Shown here one piece after another: positions 28,934-37,469 of a stretch of DNA of 53,908 nt. Under the pieces are notes generated by a model. It saw only the letters and a list, made by a program, of their open reading frames with translations, had not been told where the DNA came from and ran no database searches. The DNA comes from Alphaproteobacteria bacterium (GTDB taxonomy: Bacteria > Pseudomonadota > Alphaproteobacteria > Bin95). Position numbers and translations under genes: made by a program. The number at the start of each line of letters is the position of its first letter. Within the stretch, counting starts at the first letter, position 1. Location of the stretch: assembly GCA_029978325.1 (NCBI GenBank), contig JAPOJR010000004.1:245-54152 (forward strand). The letters are read 5' to 3'.

Positions 28934-29751
28934 GCCGCCGCCGCTATCGGGTAATGGGCGCGGGCAAATGCAACCGCCTGGGTGACGGCGGCAACGGGGT
29001 TTTCGGCGCGGCGCATCTCGATAGAGGCCCAGCCGTCATATCCACTGGCCGCGATGGCCTTTCCGAAGGCAGTGTGGTGCATTTTCGGGTCCGAGAGGTC
29101 GCCGAGCTGCGGCTCGGTGATGTGAACGTGGCTGATGATGTCGACGGCGTCGCGGATGGCGTCCGTGGCCTGGTCACCCGCCATTTCGGTGCAGGCGATG
29201 TCCAGGTGCAGGCGCACGCCGGGATGGTCGACCCTGCGGACGACGGCGGCCGCCTCCGACCAGCGGGTCATGAAGGTACAGGCATAGGCCGGCGGGTTCG
29301 CTTCCAGTCCCAGCACCACGCCATGATCGGCGCAAACCGCGCCTATGCGGCGGAACACGGCGGCAGCTTGCTCTATTGCCGCTTCCGGAGAAAGCGCGCC
29401 CGGATCGCGGTTGCGGGGCGAGCCGAACACCAATGTCCGCGCGCCGAATGCGGCGGCCACTGCCGAGACCTCGCCAATGTGCGCGATCAGCGCCGCGACT
29501 GAGGCCTCTTCACCGAACACCTGCAGGTCGGGACGGCCGAACAGGATGGCTTGCAGCGCCGGCACGGCAAAGCCGGCGTCGGCCAGTCGCTGGGCTTCGG
29601 CTTTCGCGGCGGCGACCGACATGCCCTGCCAATCCGGCCAGAATTTGGTCGGCGCGATCTCTACGCCATGCACCCCACCCTCGCGGAGAGCGGCCAGCAC
29701 GGCGGCGTCCTCGGGCGCATCCCAGGCGATGTTGGAGACAGCCAGTTTCAT
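28930..29751 (-). CDS. sugar phosphate isomerase/epimerase (AP endonuclease 2 TIM barrel)
   Basis: MKLAVSNIAW, GVEIAP, LVFGSPRNR, and metal ligands in GLEANP, LHLD, HVHITEP, SIEM. Confidence 0.85.
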   Translation of the reverse strand: MKLAVSNIAWDAPEDAAVLAALREGGVHGVEIAPTKFWPDWQGMSVAAAKAEAQRLADAGFAVPALQAILFGRPDLQVFGEEASVAALIAHIGEVSAVAAAFGARTLVFGSPRNRDPGALSPEAAIEQAAAVFRRIGAVCADHGVVLGLEANPPAYACTFMTRWSEAAAVVRRVDHPGVRLHLDIACTEMAGDQATDAIRDAVDIISHVHITEPQLGDLSDPKMHHTAFGKAIAASGYDGWASIEMRRAENPVAAVTQAVAFARAHYPIAAAA

Positions 29752-29765
29752 AAAGATTTTCTCCG

Positions 29766-30608
29766 TCACGCGGCCATGGCCGGCCCGGCTTCCTGGGCCG
29801 AACCGTTGCGCCAGGATTCGATGAACCGGCCCATGCGCGCCAGGACGCATTGCTTGGCCTCGATATAGCCGCTGGGCGCGCCGGCTCCGGCGAACACCGC
29901 GCCATGCCGGGTGCGGAAGTCATAGGCGCCGATCGGCGCAGCGTCCCAGCCGACGCGCTTGCCGGGGAAATACGCATCGATGATTTCCGACGTCGCCACC
30001 GGCTCCGTTACCAGGTGCACCAGATCCAGGCCGGCGGCTTGCGCGGTCTGAATGTCGTCCCACAATCTGGTAAGGTCATAGTACTGAAAGCTGCTGGCCG
30101 GATTGATCTTGTCCAGGATGTTGTCGGTCAGCAGATCGTAGATCACATTCTTGCGCAGACCAGGGCCGAACAGGCCGGGCAGGCGCACGATCAAAGGATT
30201 GTCGAACTGCACCCGGAAGGCGTCTTCGAGCGCCAGGCGGTTGCGGCCATAGGCATGGTTATCGACGGCATGGCAGTCCGCGGCCTCATCCAGGCCGACG
30301 CCGGGGGGCACGGCGTCGATGGTGGAGATCAGGACCGCCTGCTTGGCTTTGACGGACTGCATCGCCTGCAACGCGCGCTCAATGCCTTGCCAGTCCGCCT
30401 CAGGCTCCTTGTTCGCCCACCATTTCTTGGCCTGAGCGCCGGCGAACACCAGAAGGTCGAAGGATTGGCCGGCGATTTCCTCGATATTCTTGGAATTGTA
30501 GATCGACCCGAACGGCGCTTGCGAGCGCAGGTTCGAGCCGACGAAGCCGGTATAGCCGACCAGCGCGCAACGCAGCGGCCGGCTGGAAGAAGCAGAGGCG
30601 GATGGCAT
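29766..30608 (-). CDS. atypical SDR / NAD-dependent epimerase-dehydratase family protein
   Basis: ALVGYTGFVGSNL Rossmann motif, KWWAN, ISTID, YGRNR (YxxxR), VRLPGLFG. Confidence 0.8.
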   Translation of the reverse strand: MPSASASSSRPLRCALVGYTGFVGSNLRSQAPFGSIYNSKNIEEIAGQSFDLLVFAGAQAKKWWANKEPEADWQGIERALQAMQSVKAKQAVLISTIDAVPPGVGLDEAADCHAVDNHAYGRNRLALEDAFRVQFDNPLIVRLPGLFGPGLRKNVIYDLLTDNILDKINPASSFQYYDLTRLWDDIQTAQAAGLDLVHLVTEPVATSEIIDAYFPGKRVGWDAAPIGAYDFRTRHGAVFAGAGAPSGYIEAKQCVLARMGRFIESWRNGSAQEAGPAMAA

Positions 30609-30645
30609 AGGTCTTACGCGCTCCTTAGGATTGACCCGGTTGGCG

Positions 30646-31068
30646 TCAGCCGTTCTGTGGGGTCGGGCGGAAAACGATGAACCGGCTGGTGGAATAGTTC
30701 CAAACATAGGTTGCCGCTAGCGAGGCGATCTTGGCCGGGATCGGCCCGATCAACCCGACCAACAGCCAGATGACGGCGGTTGAAATGCCCAGGCCGATGC
30801 TGTTCAGTCCGGCATAGACCGCGAACTGCTTTGCCGTAACCGGCTTTTCGATGTCGGCGAACGTCCAGAACCTGTTCAAGAGGAAGCTGCTGATAATCGC
30901 CAGTCCGTAAGAGATGATATTGGCGGCGACCGGCGGAAGCGCGAGGCCATAGACCAGGCCCGCGAACATCACGACGTCCAGTCCCGCATTGAACGCGCCG
31001 ACCAGCGCGAATTTCAGCGGCTGCGGGATCGCCGCATTCAGCCGCGCAACCTCTGCGATCAGCGGCAC
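30646..31068 (-). CDS. GtrA family polyprenyl-phosphate-sugar flippase
   Basis: About 4 TM segments, KFALVGAFN...D, AANIISY, FLLNRFWTF, AKI...WNY...SRFIVF. Confidence 0.9.
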   Translation of the reverse strand: MPLIAEVARLNAAIPQPLKFALVGAFNAGLDVVMFAGLVYGLALPPVAANIISYGLAIISSFLLNRFWTFADIEKPVTAKQFAVYAGLNSIGLGISTAVIWLLVGLIGPIPAKIASLAATYVWNYSTSRFIVFRPTPQNG

Positions 31069-31072
31069 GGCG

Positions 31073-32218
31073 TCAGGCTTTCGGGTCAGCGGGTTGATCG
31101 GAGGCAGGGGCTGCCGCTTGCTCTGCGCCGACGTTGCCGCGGCTGATGACGTTCAATGTATTATCATAGGCCAGCGATTTGCTGTGGGTGTGCCGAGCCA
31201 GATAATAGAGCGGGTGGTTGGCTGTCCCTTCCAGCACCTGCAGCAGGTATTCGCTCATCACCGCCAACACCAGGGTGATGAAGAAGAACAGGCCTGAGAT
31301 TTGCAGCGACAGCGAGGTCCATCCCGGCGCGACGGTCTCGGAGAACAGCCAATAGCCGATGACATAGAGCGAATAGAGCATGGTCAGGCCGCTGGCCCCC
31401 AACGCCAGAAGCGAGACGGCGCGCAACGGTGTCACGGAAACCGCAAGGGTCAACGACACTGCCCGCGCCGCCAGAGATACCATCCGTCGGATGCTCGACC
31501 GGTTTTTGCCGCGGGCCCGACCAGCAATCCCGGGATATTCCCGGTCGTAAACCAGCGTTGCATGTTCAAAGCCAGAGAGCGCCGGCGACAGCATCAGGAT
31601 ACGGTGTCGGTTGGTCGGCTTCAGCATGAAATTCAGCACCGCCCGGCTGACCAAACGGCAACTGGACGCGGCAATCGGCACGTCGATGTCCTTGGCCCGC
31701 GCGACAAATTCCAAAAACCTGTTGGTCAGAACATTGTCGAGCCCGATCCCCTCCACCCGCTCACGCGGCAGGGCATAGACGACATCGGCGCCACCCAAGG
31801 CCCGCGCTGTCATCGCCGGCACAAGCTCCGGCTGGTCGAGGCGAGGGTCGAGGATAATAACGAAGTCGCCGATAGCATGTTCTAATCCGGCCACCACCGC
31901 CACGTCAGCGCCGCGTTGGCTGGAAAGGCCCAGCAAGACCGTGCCCGGGATCGTGTCCTGAGCCTGCAATACCCGTGCGACCGTGTTATCGCGCGACGCA
32001 TCGTCGACGATGATCACCTCATAGTGGTCGAACGTCTGCCGCAGGGTCGCCGACAGGCGTTCCAAATACGGCAGAATATAGTCGGCGGCATCCGATACCA
32101 CGATAACGACGCTGGGCAGGGTCTCGCGCAGACGCTTTTGCATTGGACTGTCGGCCAGAGCCGCTGTTGCTGCTGCAAGCGTGTCGATCGACGACCACGT
32201 CGGATTCGAAGTGGACAT
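31073..32218 (-). CDS. GT2 glycosyltransferase, GtrB/ArnC-like with two C-terminal TM helices
   Basis: YEVIIVDDASRDNT, AGLEHAIGDFVIILD, RLVSRAV, VTPLR, APGWTSL, VMSEYL. Start taken at MSTSNPT. Confidence 0.85.
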   Translation of the reverse strand: MSTSNPTWSSIDTLAAATAALADSPMQKRLRETLPSVVIVVSDAADYILPYLERLSATLRQTFDHYEVIIVDDASRDNTVARVLQAQDTIPGTVLLGLSSQRGADVAVVAGLEHAIGDFVIILDPRLDQPELVPAMTARALGGADVVYALPRERVEGIGLDNVLTNRFLEFVARAKDIDVPIAASSCRLVSRAVLNFMLKPTNRHRILMLSPALSGFEHATLVYDREYPGIAGRARGKNRSSIRRMVSLAARAVSLTLAVSVTPLRAVSLLALGASGLTMLYSLYVIGYWLFSETVAPGWTSLSLQISGLFFFITLVLAVMSEYLLQVLEGTANHPLYYLARHTHSKSLAYDNTLNVISRGNVGAEQAAAPASDQPADPKA

Positions 32219-32223
32219 GCTGG

Positions 32224-33486
32224 TCAATTCCCTAGAGCGGCGGCGGGTGCGGAAACCGCTGAGCGGTTGGCGGCGGAGCCTTTGTTCGGCGGTGTGGCCA
32301 GGCCCAGCGTCTGTTCGATGAACTCGAAAATATCGAAAATGTTGTCGACCTTTCCGCCCATGACGGAGACCAGACGGCCCATGCGATCGTCCCGATGCAT
32401 CAGGATCGGCCGCGCGTCGTCCACCTGAGTGCCGACTGCCAGCGTCTTGATGTCGATCAGTGTATCTGCAAGCGGCACCCCGGCGAGCGCGGGCATATAG
32501 CGGGCTGCGTCGCGCACCATCCAGGCAAACCGCGAGCGGCCGAATTTGCCGCCGCCGGTTTCCAGGTAGCGCCGCAAAATCGTTGTCGGACAGCGCTCGG
32601 TAAAGCCGAATGGCAGCTCGCCGTCCTCGTTCCATTTGGCATGGTGGGTGTAGCGCACATGGGTCAGGGAATGCAGGCCCAGCGCTGGAAATGGCATGGC
32701 GGAAAAAAAGGGGCCATCCATGACGGTAACGCCGCGCCGGGCCAGGGGCGGCGGCGGTTTGAACAACGCTACCTCGGCGATTTGGTGAACCAGGCCGAAC
32801 CGGTCGCTCACCGGCTCATGTCCGGCATGCTCGCCATAGGCGTGATTCAGGTCGGCATAAGTGCAGTTGAACACCCAATCCGCCACCAATTGCTGGTCGG
32901 TGTCGGTCGAGACCAGCAACGGGGAAGCCCGATGATCGGCCAGAGGCTCGACCGAGATCACCTGGTGGCCAGTCAGGACATCGACATCCAGGTGGCGTAA
33001 TTCCGCGACATGGTGCTGGCGCAGAATCGAAGCGTTGAACGCGGGCTCTTCAACCTCGTACACCTTTTCGATCAGGCGGTGGTCGAACAGGGCGGCGTCC
33101 TCCGCCGGCGCTGGCCGCATCGGCATGCCGACGACCTGGCCGAAGCGTTCGAAATGCGCCGGGCTGATCTTGGAGCCATTGCGGGCGATGGCGTAGAGCG
33201 CGCGGAACTCGCTGAACACAGCCTCGGGAAACACGCTGCGGAACGGGTCGAGGTTAACGCGGCTGCGCCGCGCCGTGCGGAAACTGCGTGGGTAGTGATA
33301 GCCATTGTGCAGGCGGGCCTGATTGACGAACGAAGCGCGGGTCATCAACTCCGCCTCGCGCTCCACCAAAGCGACCCGCCAGCCGCGGCGTGCGAGATAA
33401 CCGGCGATCGCGCATCCATAAAAGCCGCCGCCGACCATGATGGCGTCGTAACGTTCGGCGCGCGGGGTTCGAATTGCTGCTTCCAT
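32224..33486 (-). CDS. FAD-dependent oxidoreductase (DAO-like)
   Basis: VGGGFYG, ASFVNQARLHNGYHYPRS, FNCTY, TVMDGPFFS, HSLTHV, GGKVD. Confidence 0.85.
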   Translation of the reverse strand: MEAAIRTPRAERYDAIMVGGGFYGCAIAGYLARRGWRVALVEREAELMTRASFVNQARLHNGYHYPRSFRTARRSRVNLDPFRSVFPEAVFSEFRALYAIARNGSKISPAHFERFGQVVGMPMRPAPAEDAALFDHRLIEKVYEVEEPAFNASILRQHHVAELRHLDVDVLTGHQVISVEPLADHRASPLLVSTDTDQQLVADWVFNCTYADLNHAYGEHAGHEPVSDRFGLVHQIAEVALFKPPPPLARRGVTVMDGPFFSAMPFPALGLHSLTHVRYTHHAKWNEDGELPFGFTERCPTTILRRYLETGGGKFGRSRFAWMVRDAARYMPALAGVPLADTLIDIKTLAVGTQVDDARPILMHRDDRMGRLVSVMGGKVDNIFDIFEFIEQTLGLATPPNKGSAANRSAVSAPAAALGN

Positions 33487-33490
33487 GGTG

Positions 33491-35143
33491 TCAGCGATGC
33501 GTCGGTGTCTGGCCTTGCGGAAGTCCCGGGGGAGGATCGAGGCGCAGTAGCAGATGGCGAGGGCTACGGCGCACTAAGGTTGTGCCGGCAGGCGGGTCCC
33601 AAGTAAAGGGGGCGGCTGATCCAACAACCGAAATGTACCGATCTGTCACGTCTTGATTGCCATGTTCCCGCTCGAAATCCCGCAGTTTCGTCACCAGGGC
33701 AGAGAGGTCTGCCGGGGTTTCCACCTCGAATGGGTTCTGGCCCTGCAGGTCTTTGATCGCCTGGAACGCCGGTGCAATGTTCAGCGGCTGCTTGTGGGGG
33801 TCTGTATAGATCGCAGGCACAAAGCGCGGCTTGTCGATGGCGGCATAGGAGGCGACATGTTTGATCGACGGCTTCCAGGCGGCGCGCGCTTCCGCAGAGT
33901 TCGGCATCAGTACCGGCAGGGGACCGTGCATCGCCTTGAAGATCATCGCGCCTTCGGGCAGTTCGGCGAAGTCGGCGATTATGGGCGTGATCCGGCTTTC
34001 CCATTTCGTCCAGACCATGGTCAGGCCGACGCTGCGCGAGATGGCCAGCACAGCAATGGTTGCGACCAGCACCAAAGTCAGAGCGTCCCGGCGCAGTCCG
34101 GTCGCCGGCCGGATATCTATGGCGGCAATCGCGACCATAACGGCGGCGGGCGCAAGGCGCACATTGCCGAAGTCCGACCCCAACATATAGCGCGGCAACA
34201 GCACCGAGGCTGCCGCTAACGTCAAGGCGCCCAGAAGAACCGGCACGGAAATTTGCAGCCGGCCGCTCCACCACGCCCAACAGAACAACCCACCTGCCAG
34301 GCCGGCGGCGAGCAGGTCGAGCATCGGAACGGAACTGGCGAGGGCAAACACCGGGCCATAGATCAGGTTGGCGATGCGGAAGCCGCCGTATCGGAACCCG
34401 CCATCCAGGTCGTTGCTGGTGGGCGACAGCGCCAGGAACAGGGCTATCGCCGCGAGAAACGGCAGGGCCGCAATCGCCAGACGGACTGCGGCGGGTATCA
34501 GCGCTGCGAGGCTATCGGCCGACCCGCGCGCGGTCGTCCACGCGCGGGCGATCTCCGCCATGCCGACAATGACGGCGAAGACGCCGAACGCCTCCATATG
34601 GCAGAGCATCAGCACGCACGCCGCGATAAACCCAAACGGCAACACCCAGGGCCGATCGCGATACGCAAGCCATCCGGCAGCAGCCAACAGCGCTAGCCCG
34701 GTGCCGAACAGATAGTTGAGGAACCCATAGCTGACGATGCCATTATAGACAGGCACCAAAGCCAGCAGAGGCCAAAGGCTGAGGCGGCCATGCGCTGCCC
34801 GGTGCAAGGCTGCGGCTCCGGCTAGCTGCAGCACCAGCGCCAATCCTACGAAGATGCGCACCGCCAGTTCAGGCCCAGTTATCTGGGCGATGGCTAGTCC
34901 CACTGCATCCAGCGCAATGTTCGGCAACAGCCAGTTTCCAGGCTCATAAAACCGGCTGAAGATCGGCCCGTCGATATCGGCCAGAATGAAGATGCGCGCC
35001 AAATGGAACGGGTAGTCGTTGAGCGGCAGATAGCGCACCGCTGCAATCGGCAGGACAACCGACAAAAGCGCAAGCCCCAGTAGGCACCACCAGATGGTAC
35101 TGGATTGGCTGCTTGACGGTCGTGGAAACGATGTGGCTGTCAC
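33491..35143 (-). CDS. polytopic membrane protein, putative GT-C-fold glycosyltransferase
   Basis: N-terminal TM followed by an external loop LPLNDYPFHLAR (Asp), YGFLNY, about 10-11 TM segments and a C-terminal soluble domain. Lies in an operon with GtrA and GT2 genes. Confidence 0.65.
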   Translation of the reverse strand: MTATSFPRPSSSQSSTIWWCLLGLALLSVVLPIAAVRYLPLNDYPFHLARIFILADIDGPIFSRFYEPGNWLLPNIALDAVGLAIAQITGPELAVRIFVGLALVLQLAGAAALHRAAHGRLSLWPLLALVPVYNGIVSYGFLNYLFGTGLALLAAAGWLAYRDRPWVLPFGFIAACVLMLCHMEAFGVFAVIVGMAEIARAWTTARGSADSLAALIPAAVRLAIAALPFLAAIALFLALSPTSNDLDGGFRYGGFRIANLIYGPVFALASSVPMLDLLAAGLAGGLFCWAWWSGRLQISVPVLLGALTLAAASVLLPRYMLGSDFGNVRLAPAAVMVAIAAIDIRPATGLRRDALTLVLVATIAVLAISRSVGLTMVWTKWESRITPIIADFAELPEGAMIFKAMHGPLPVLMPNSAEARAAWKPSIKHVASYAAIDKPRFVPAIYTDPHKQPLNIAPAFQAIKDLQGQNPFEVETPADLSALVTKLRDFEREHGNQDVTDRYISVVGSAAPFTWDPPAGTTLVRRSPRHLLLRLDPPPGLPQGQTPTHR

Positions 35144-35153
35144 AGCATTCGCC

Positions 35154-35588
35154 TCAACTGTTCCGGGCCAGGCTGGCGCAAAGCCGCGCTTCCGTCAGCG
35201 CCAGCACCCATCCGTCGACGGTGACGGTTTTGCCGTCCGAAAAATCCAACCGGACCTTGCGGGAAACCAGTTCCGTCATGCGTTTGCGCTCAGCTGAGGA
35301 GGTGAGAATACGGGGCCACCGCGGTCGGCCGGGCAAGGGGGCCAAGACATGGCCCGGCACGGTGTCCAGGATCAATTGCCCCATCCGGGCCGCGGCCGCC
35401 CGGTCGGGAAAGCACCATGCGGGGTCAAGCCCCAATGGCCAATCTGTAGCCGGATGTTGCGGTGCTACGGCATAGCCTCTGCCGCTCCACAAAGCGGCGA
35501 CCGTGGCCAAGCTTGCGGCCAAGACCGAACGCCTGCGGAGAGCCACCGCCGACGGGATGCTTGCGCGCGTCTGTTTTCCGAATTCCAT
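35154..35588 (-). CDS. small twin-arginine (Tat) signal protein, partner of the GMC oxidoreductase
   Basis: LRRRSVLAASLATVAALW...GYA signal-like N-terminus and C-terminal DFSDGKTVTVDGWVLALTEARLCA. Starts 4 bp after the GMC stop. Confidence 0.7.
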   Translation of the reverse strand: MEFGKQTRASIPSAVALRRRSVLAASLATVAALWSGRGYAVAPQHPATDWPLGLDPAWCFPDRAAAARMGQLILDTVPGHVLAPLPGRPRWPRILTSSAERKRMTELVSRKVRLDFSDGKTVTVDGWVLALTEARLCASLARNS

Positions 35589-35592
35589 GATG

Positions 35593-37236
35593 TCAGCCTT
35601 GTTTGGTCAAGCGTTCGGCCAGATGCTCTGCCTGTCGCAGCGCCAACGCCACAATCGTCAATGTCGGATTGGCATAGCCGGAAGTCGGGAACAATGCGCT
35701 GCCGCAGACGTACAGGTTTTCGGTCGAATGGACCCGCCCATTGGCGTCGGTAACGCCCAGCGCCGGATCGTTGGCCATACGGGCGGTGCCCATGTGATGC
35801 CGGCTGCCGGTCAGCCGCGCCGGCCATCGCTTGTCGAGTTCGGTTGCACCCTCCAGCAGTTGCATCCGACCGATGCCGAGCCGGCCCACTTCTTCGGCCA
35901 ATAATGCCAAAGCGCGGCTGGCGGTGCGCCGGTCCCGGTTCTCCATCCGCCAGTCCAATACGATGCGTCGCTGGCCGAACGCGTCGACTGCGCCGGCGGA
36001 CTGGTCCAGGCTTACCCGGCTTTCGGGATTGGGAGTTTGCTCGAAATTCAAATCGACCCAGGCGCCGACAATCGGGTCGTCGGGCTTTGGCGGGTCTACA
36101 AATGGACTGTCCTTCGAGCCGAAGGCGGCCCGATAGCCTCTGTCGGCCAATTGGTCCAGGTCGCCGAAAATATTGCCAATATGGTTCCACAGTCCGTCGG
36201 GCAACCGGCCTTCGCTGGCCGCATCGGCCAATTGCCTGGCGGAATCGAGGCCCAATTGCGAGCGGTTGGAGGGGGCCAGCCAGATGCGGAAGCCGCCGAT
36301 GTCATGCAAAGCCCTGGCTTTCGGCGTCGACGCCAATGTCCCGAATATTGTAGCGCCCGGCAGGCTGTTTTCTTGGAAATACAGCGGCAGGTTCGTATCG
36401 GGGCGGGTGAACGAAATATAGGCGCTGCGGGCAATCCAGGGGTGATCCTGAAAATACCGCCCCACGAGGTCGTGCTCATTGCCCGCGCCGGCAGGATGGA
36501 CCGCGGTCGACTGCAACAGTAGGCGCGGCGTTTCCAGGCCACCGGTGGCGACGACGACCACTCGACCGTTGACGGCAAAACGCCGGCCGTCGGCCGTGCG
36601 GGCGGCTACACCGGCTATGGCCTTGCGGCGTTGGTTAGCGTCGCTGTCCGCCGCTGGTGTTAGCGACAGGACGGATGCGTCGAGCAGGACGGTGACGTTG
36701 GCGGCAGCCGCAAGCGCATCGGCATACCGCTCGCCAAAGTGGGTTGGCGGGCTGATCTGGAATACGGCGGTGGTGAGCTTGTCGGGGTTGGTGGCCAGAG
36801 CCTTCAGCGCCTCGCCGCCTTTCTGGCCTTGCCAGAACTCCAACGCATCGAAACGAGCGGGCCCTAGCTCGCAGATAGCGGCGGCCTTTTCGTAATAGCG
36901 GTCCAGGTGAGCGCGATCGAATGGCCAGGGGTGGGCTGTCTCGAAATCGACCGGCTCCAGGGGCCGGCACCAGCCGGACCAATGGTTGGTTGTGCCGCCA
37001 AAATACCGCAGCCGGGTGACGTCCAACGGCTCGGTCGGAATTCCGGCCAGGCGGCCCTTGTATAGGTCCTGCATTGCGTCGTCATAGGAATCGCCGCCGC
37101 TTTCCAGCAGCACGATTTTCAGGCCGCTGTCTTTCAGCGCGAGGGCCATTGAAATTCCAGCGGCCCCGGCCCCAATGATCACCACATCAGCGTCGATCTG
37201 ATCACCATCCGAAACAGTACTGGCGCGGTGCAGCAT
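35593..37236 (-). CDS. GMC-family FAD oxidoreductase
   Basis: IIGAGAAG, LLESG, GGTTNHWSG, GGLETPRLLL, VGRYFQDHP, HHMGTARM, ANPTLTI. No signal peptide. Confidence 0.9.
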   Translation of the reverse strand: MLHRASTVSDGDQIDADVVIIGAGAAGISMALALKDSGLKIVLLESGGDSYDDAMQDLYKGRLAGIPTEPLDVTRLRYFGGTTNHWSGWCRPLEPVDFETAHPWPFDRAHLDRYYEKAAAICELGPARFDALEFWQGQKGGEALKALATNPDKLTTAVFQISPPTHFGERYADALAAAANVTVLLDASVLSLTPAADSDANQRRKAIAGVAARTADGRRFAVNGRVVVVATGGLETPRLLLQSTAVHPAGAGNEHDLVGRYFQDHPWIARSAYISFTRPDTNLPLYFQENSLPGATIFGTLASTPKARALHDIGGFRIWLAPSNRSQLGLDSARQLADAASEGRLPDGLWNHIGNIFGDLDQLADRGYRAAFGSKDSPFVDPPKPDDPIVGAWVDLNFEQTPNPESRVSLDQSAGAVDAFGQRRIVLDWRMENRDRRTASRALALLAEEVGRLGIGRMQLLEGATELDKRWPARLTGSRHHMGTARMANDPALGVTDANGRVHSTENLYVCGSALFPTSGYANPTLTIVALALRQAEHLAERLTKQG

Positions 37237-37469
37237 CCGCTTGCCTTTCAAACCATCGTCCGCAGTTCACGACCGCGTTAGCATATTTATGGTTTTGATG
37301 ACACACCTTCCATTGGACACTAGACCTAGCCGGACGGCGCCGGCAGTATCGCGCCGCTTTCGTGCGGGCGTTGAAACGTCGGCGTTGCATTGACCGCAAC
37401 ATTCCGCGAGAAAGCCGAATGCCTCCCTGCGCTTCTCCCGGCGCGGCTTATGCGGGGCGCGGGTCCTAT

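Noticed and set aside
32219-32635. N-terminal extension of the GT2 ORF to 32635 (likewise extensions of sthA to 24782, the SDR to 46059 and the methyltransferase to 13183)
   Set aside because: The extensions overlap upstream genes, intergenic DNA or the REP element and are low-complexity; internal ATGs fit the family N-termini better.
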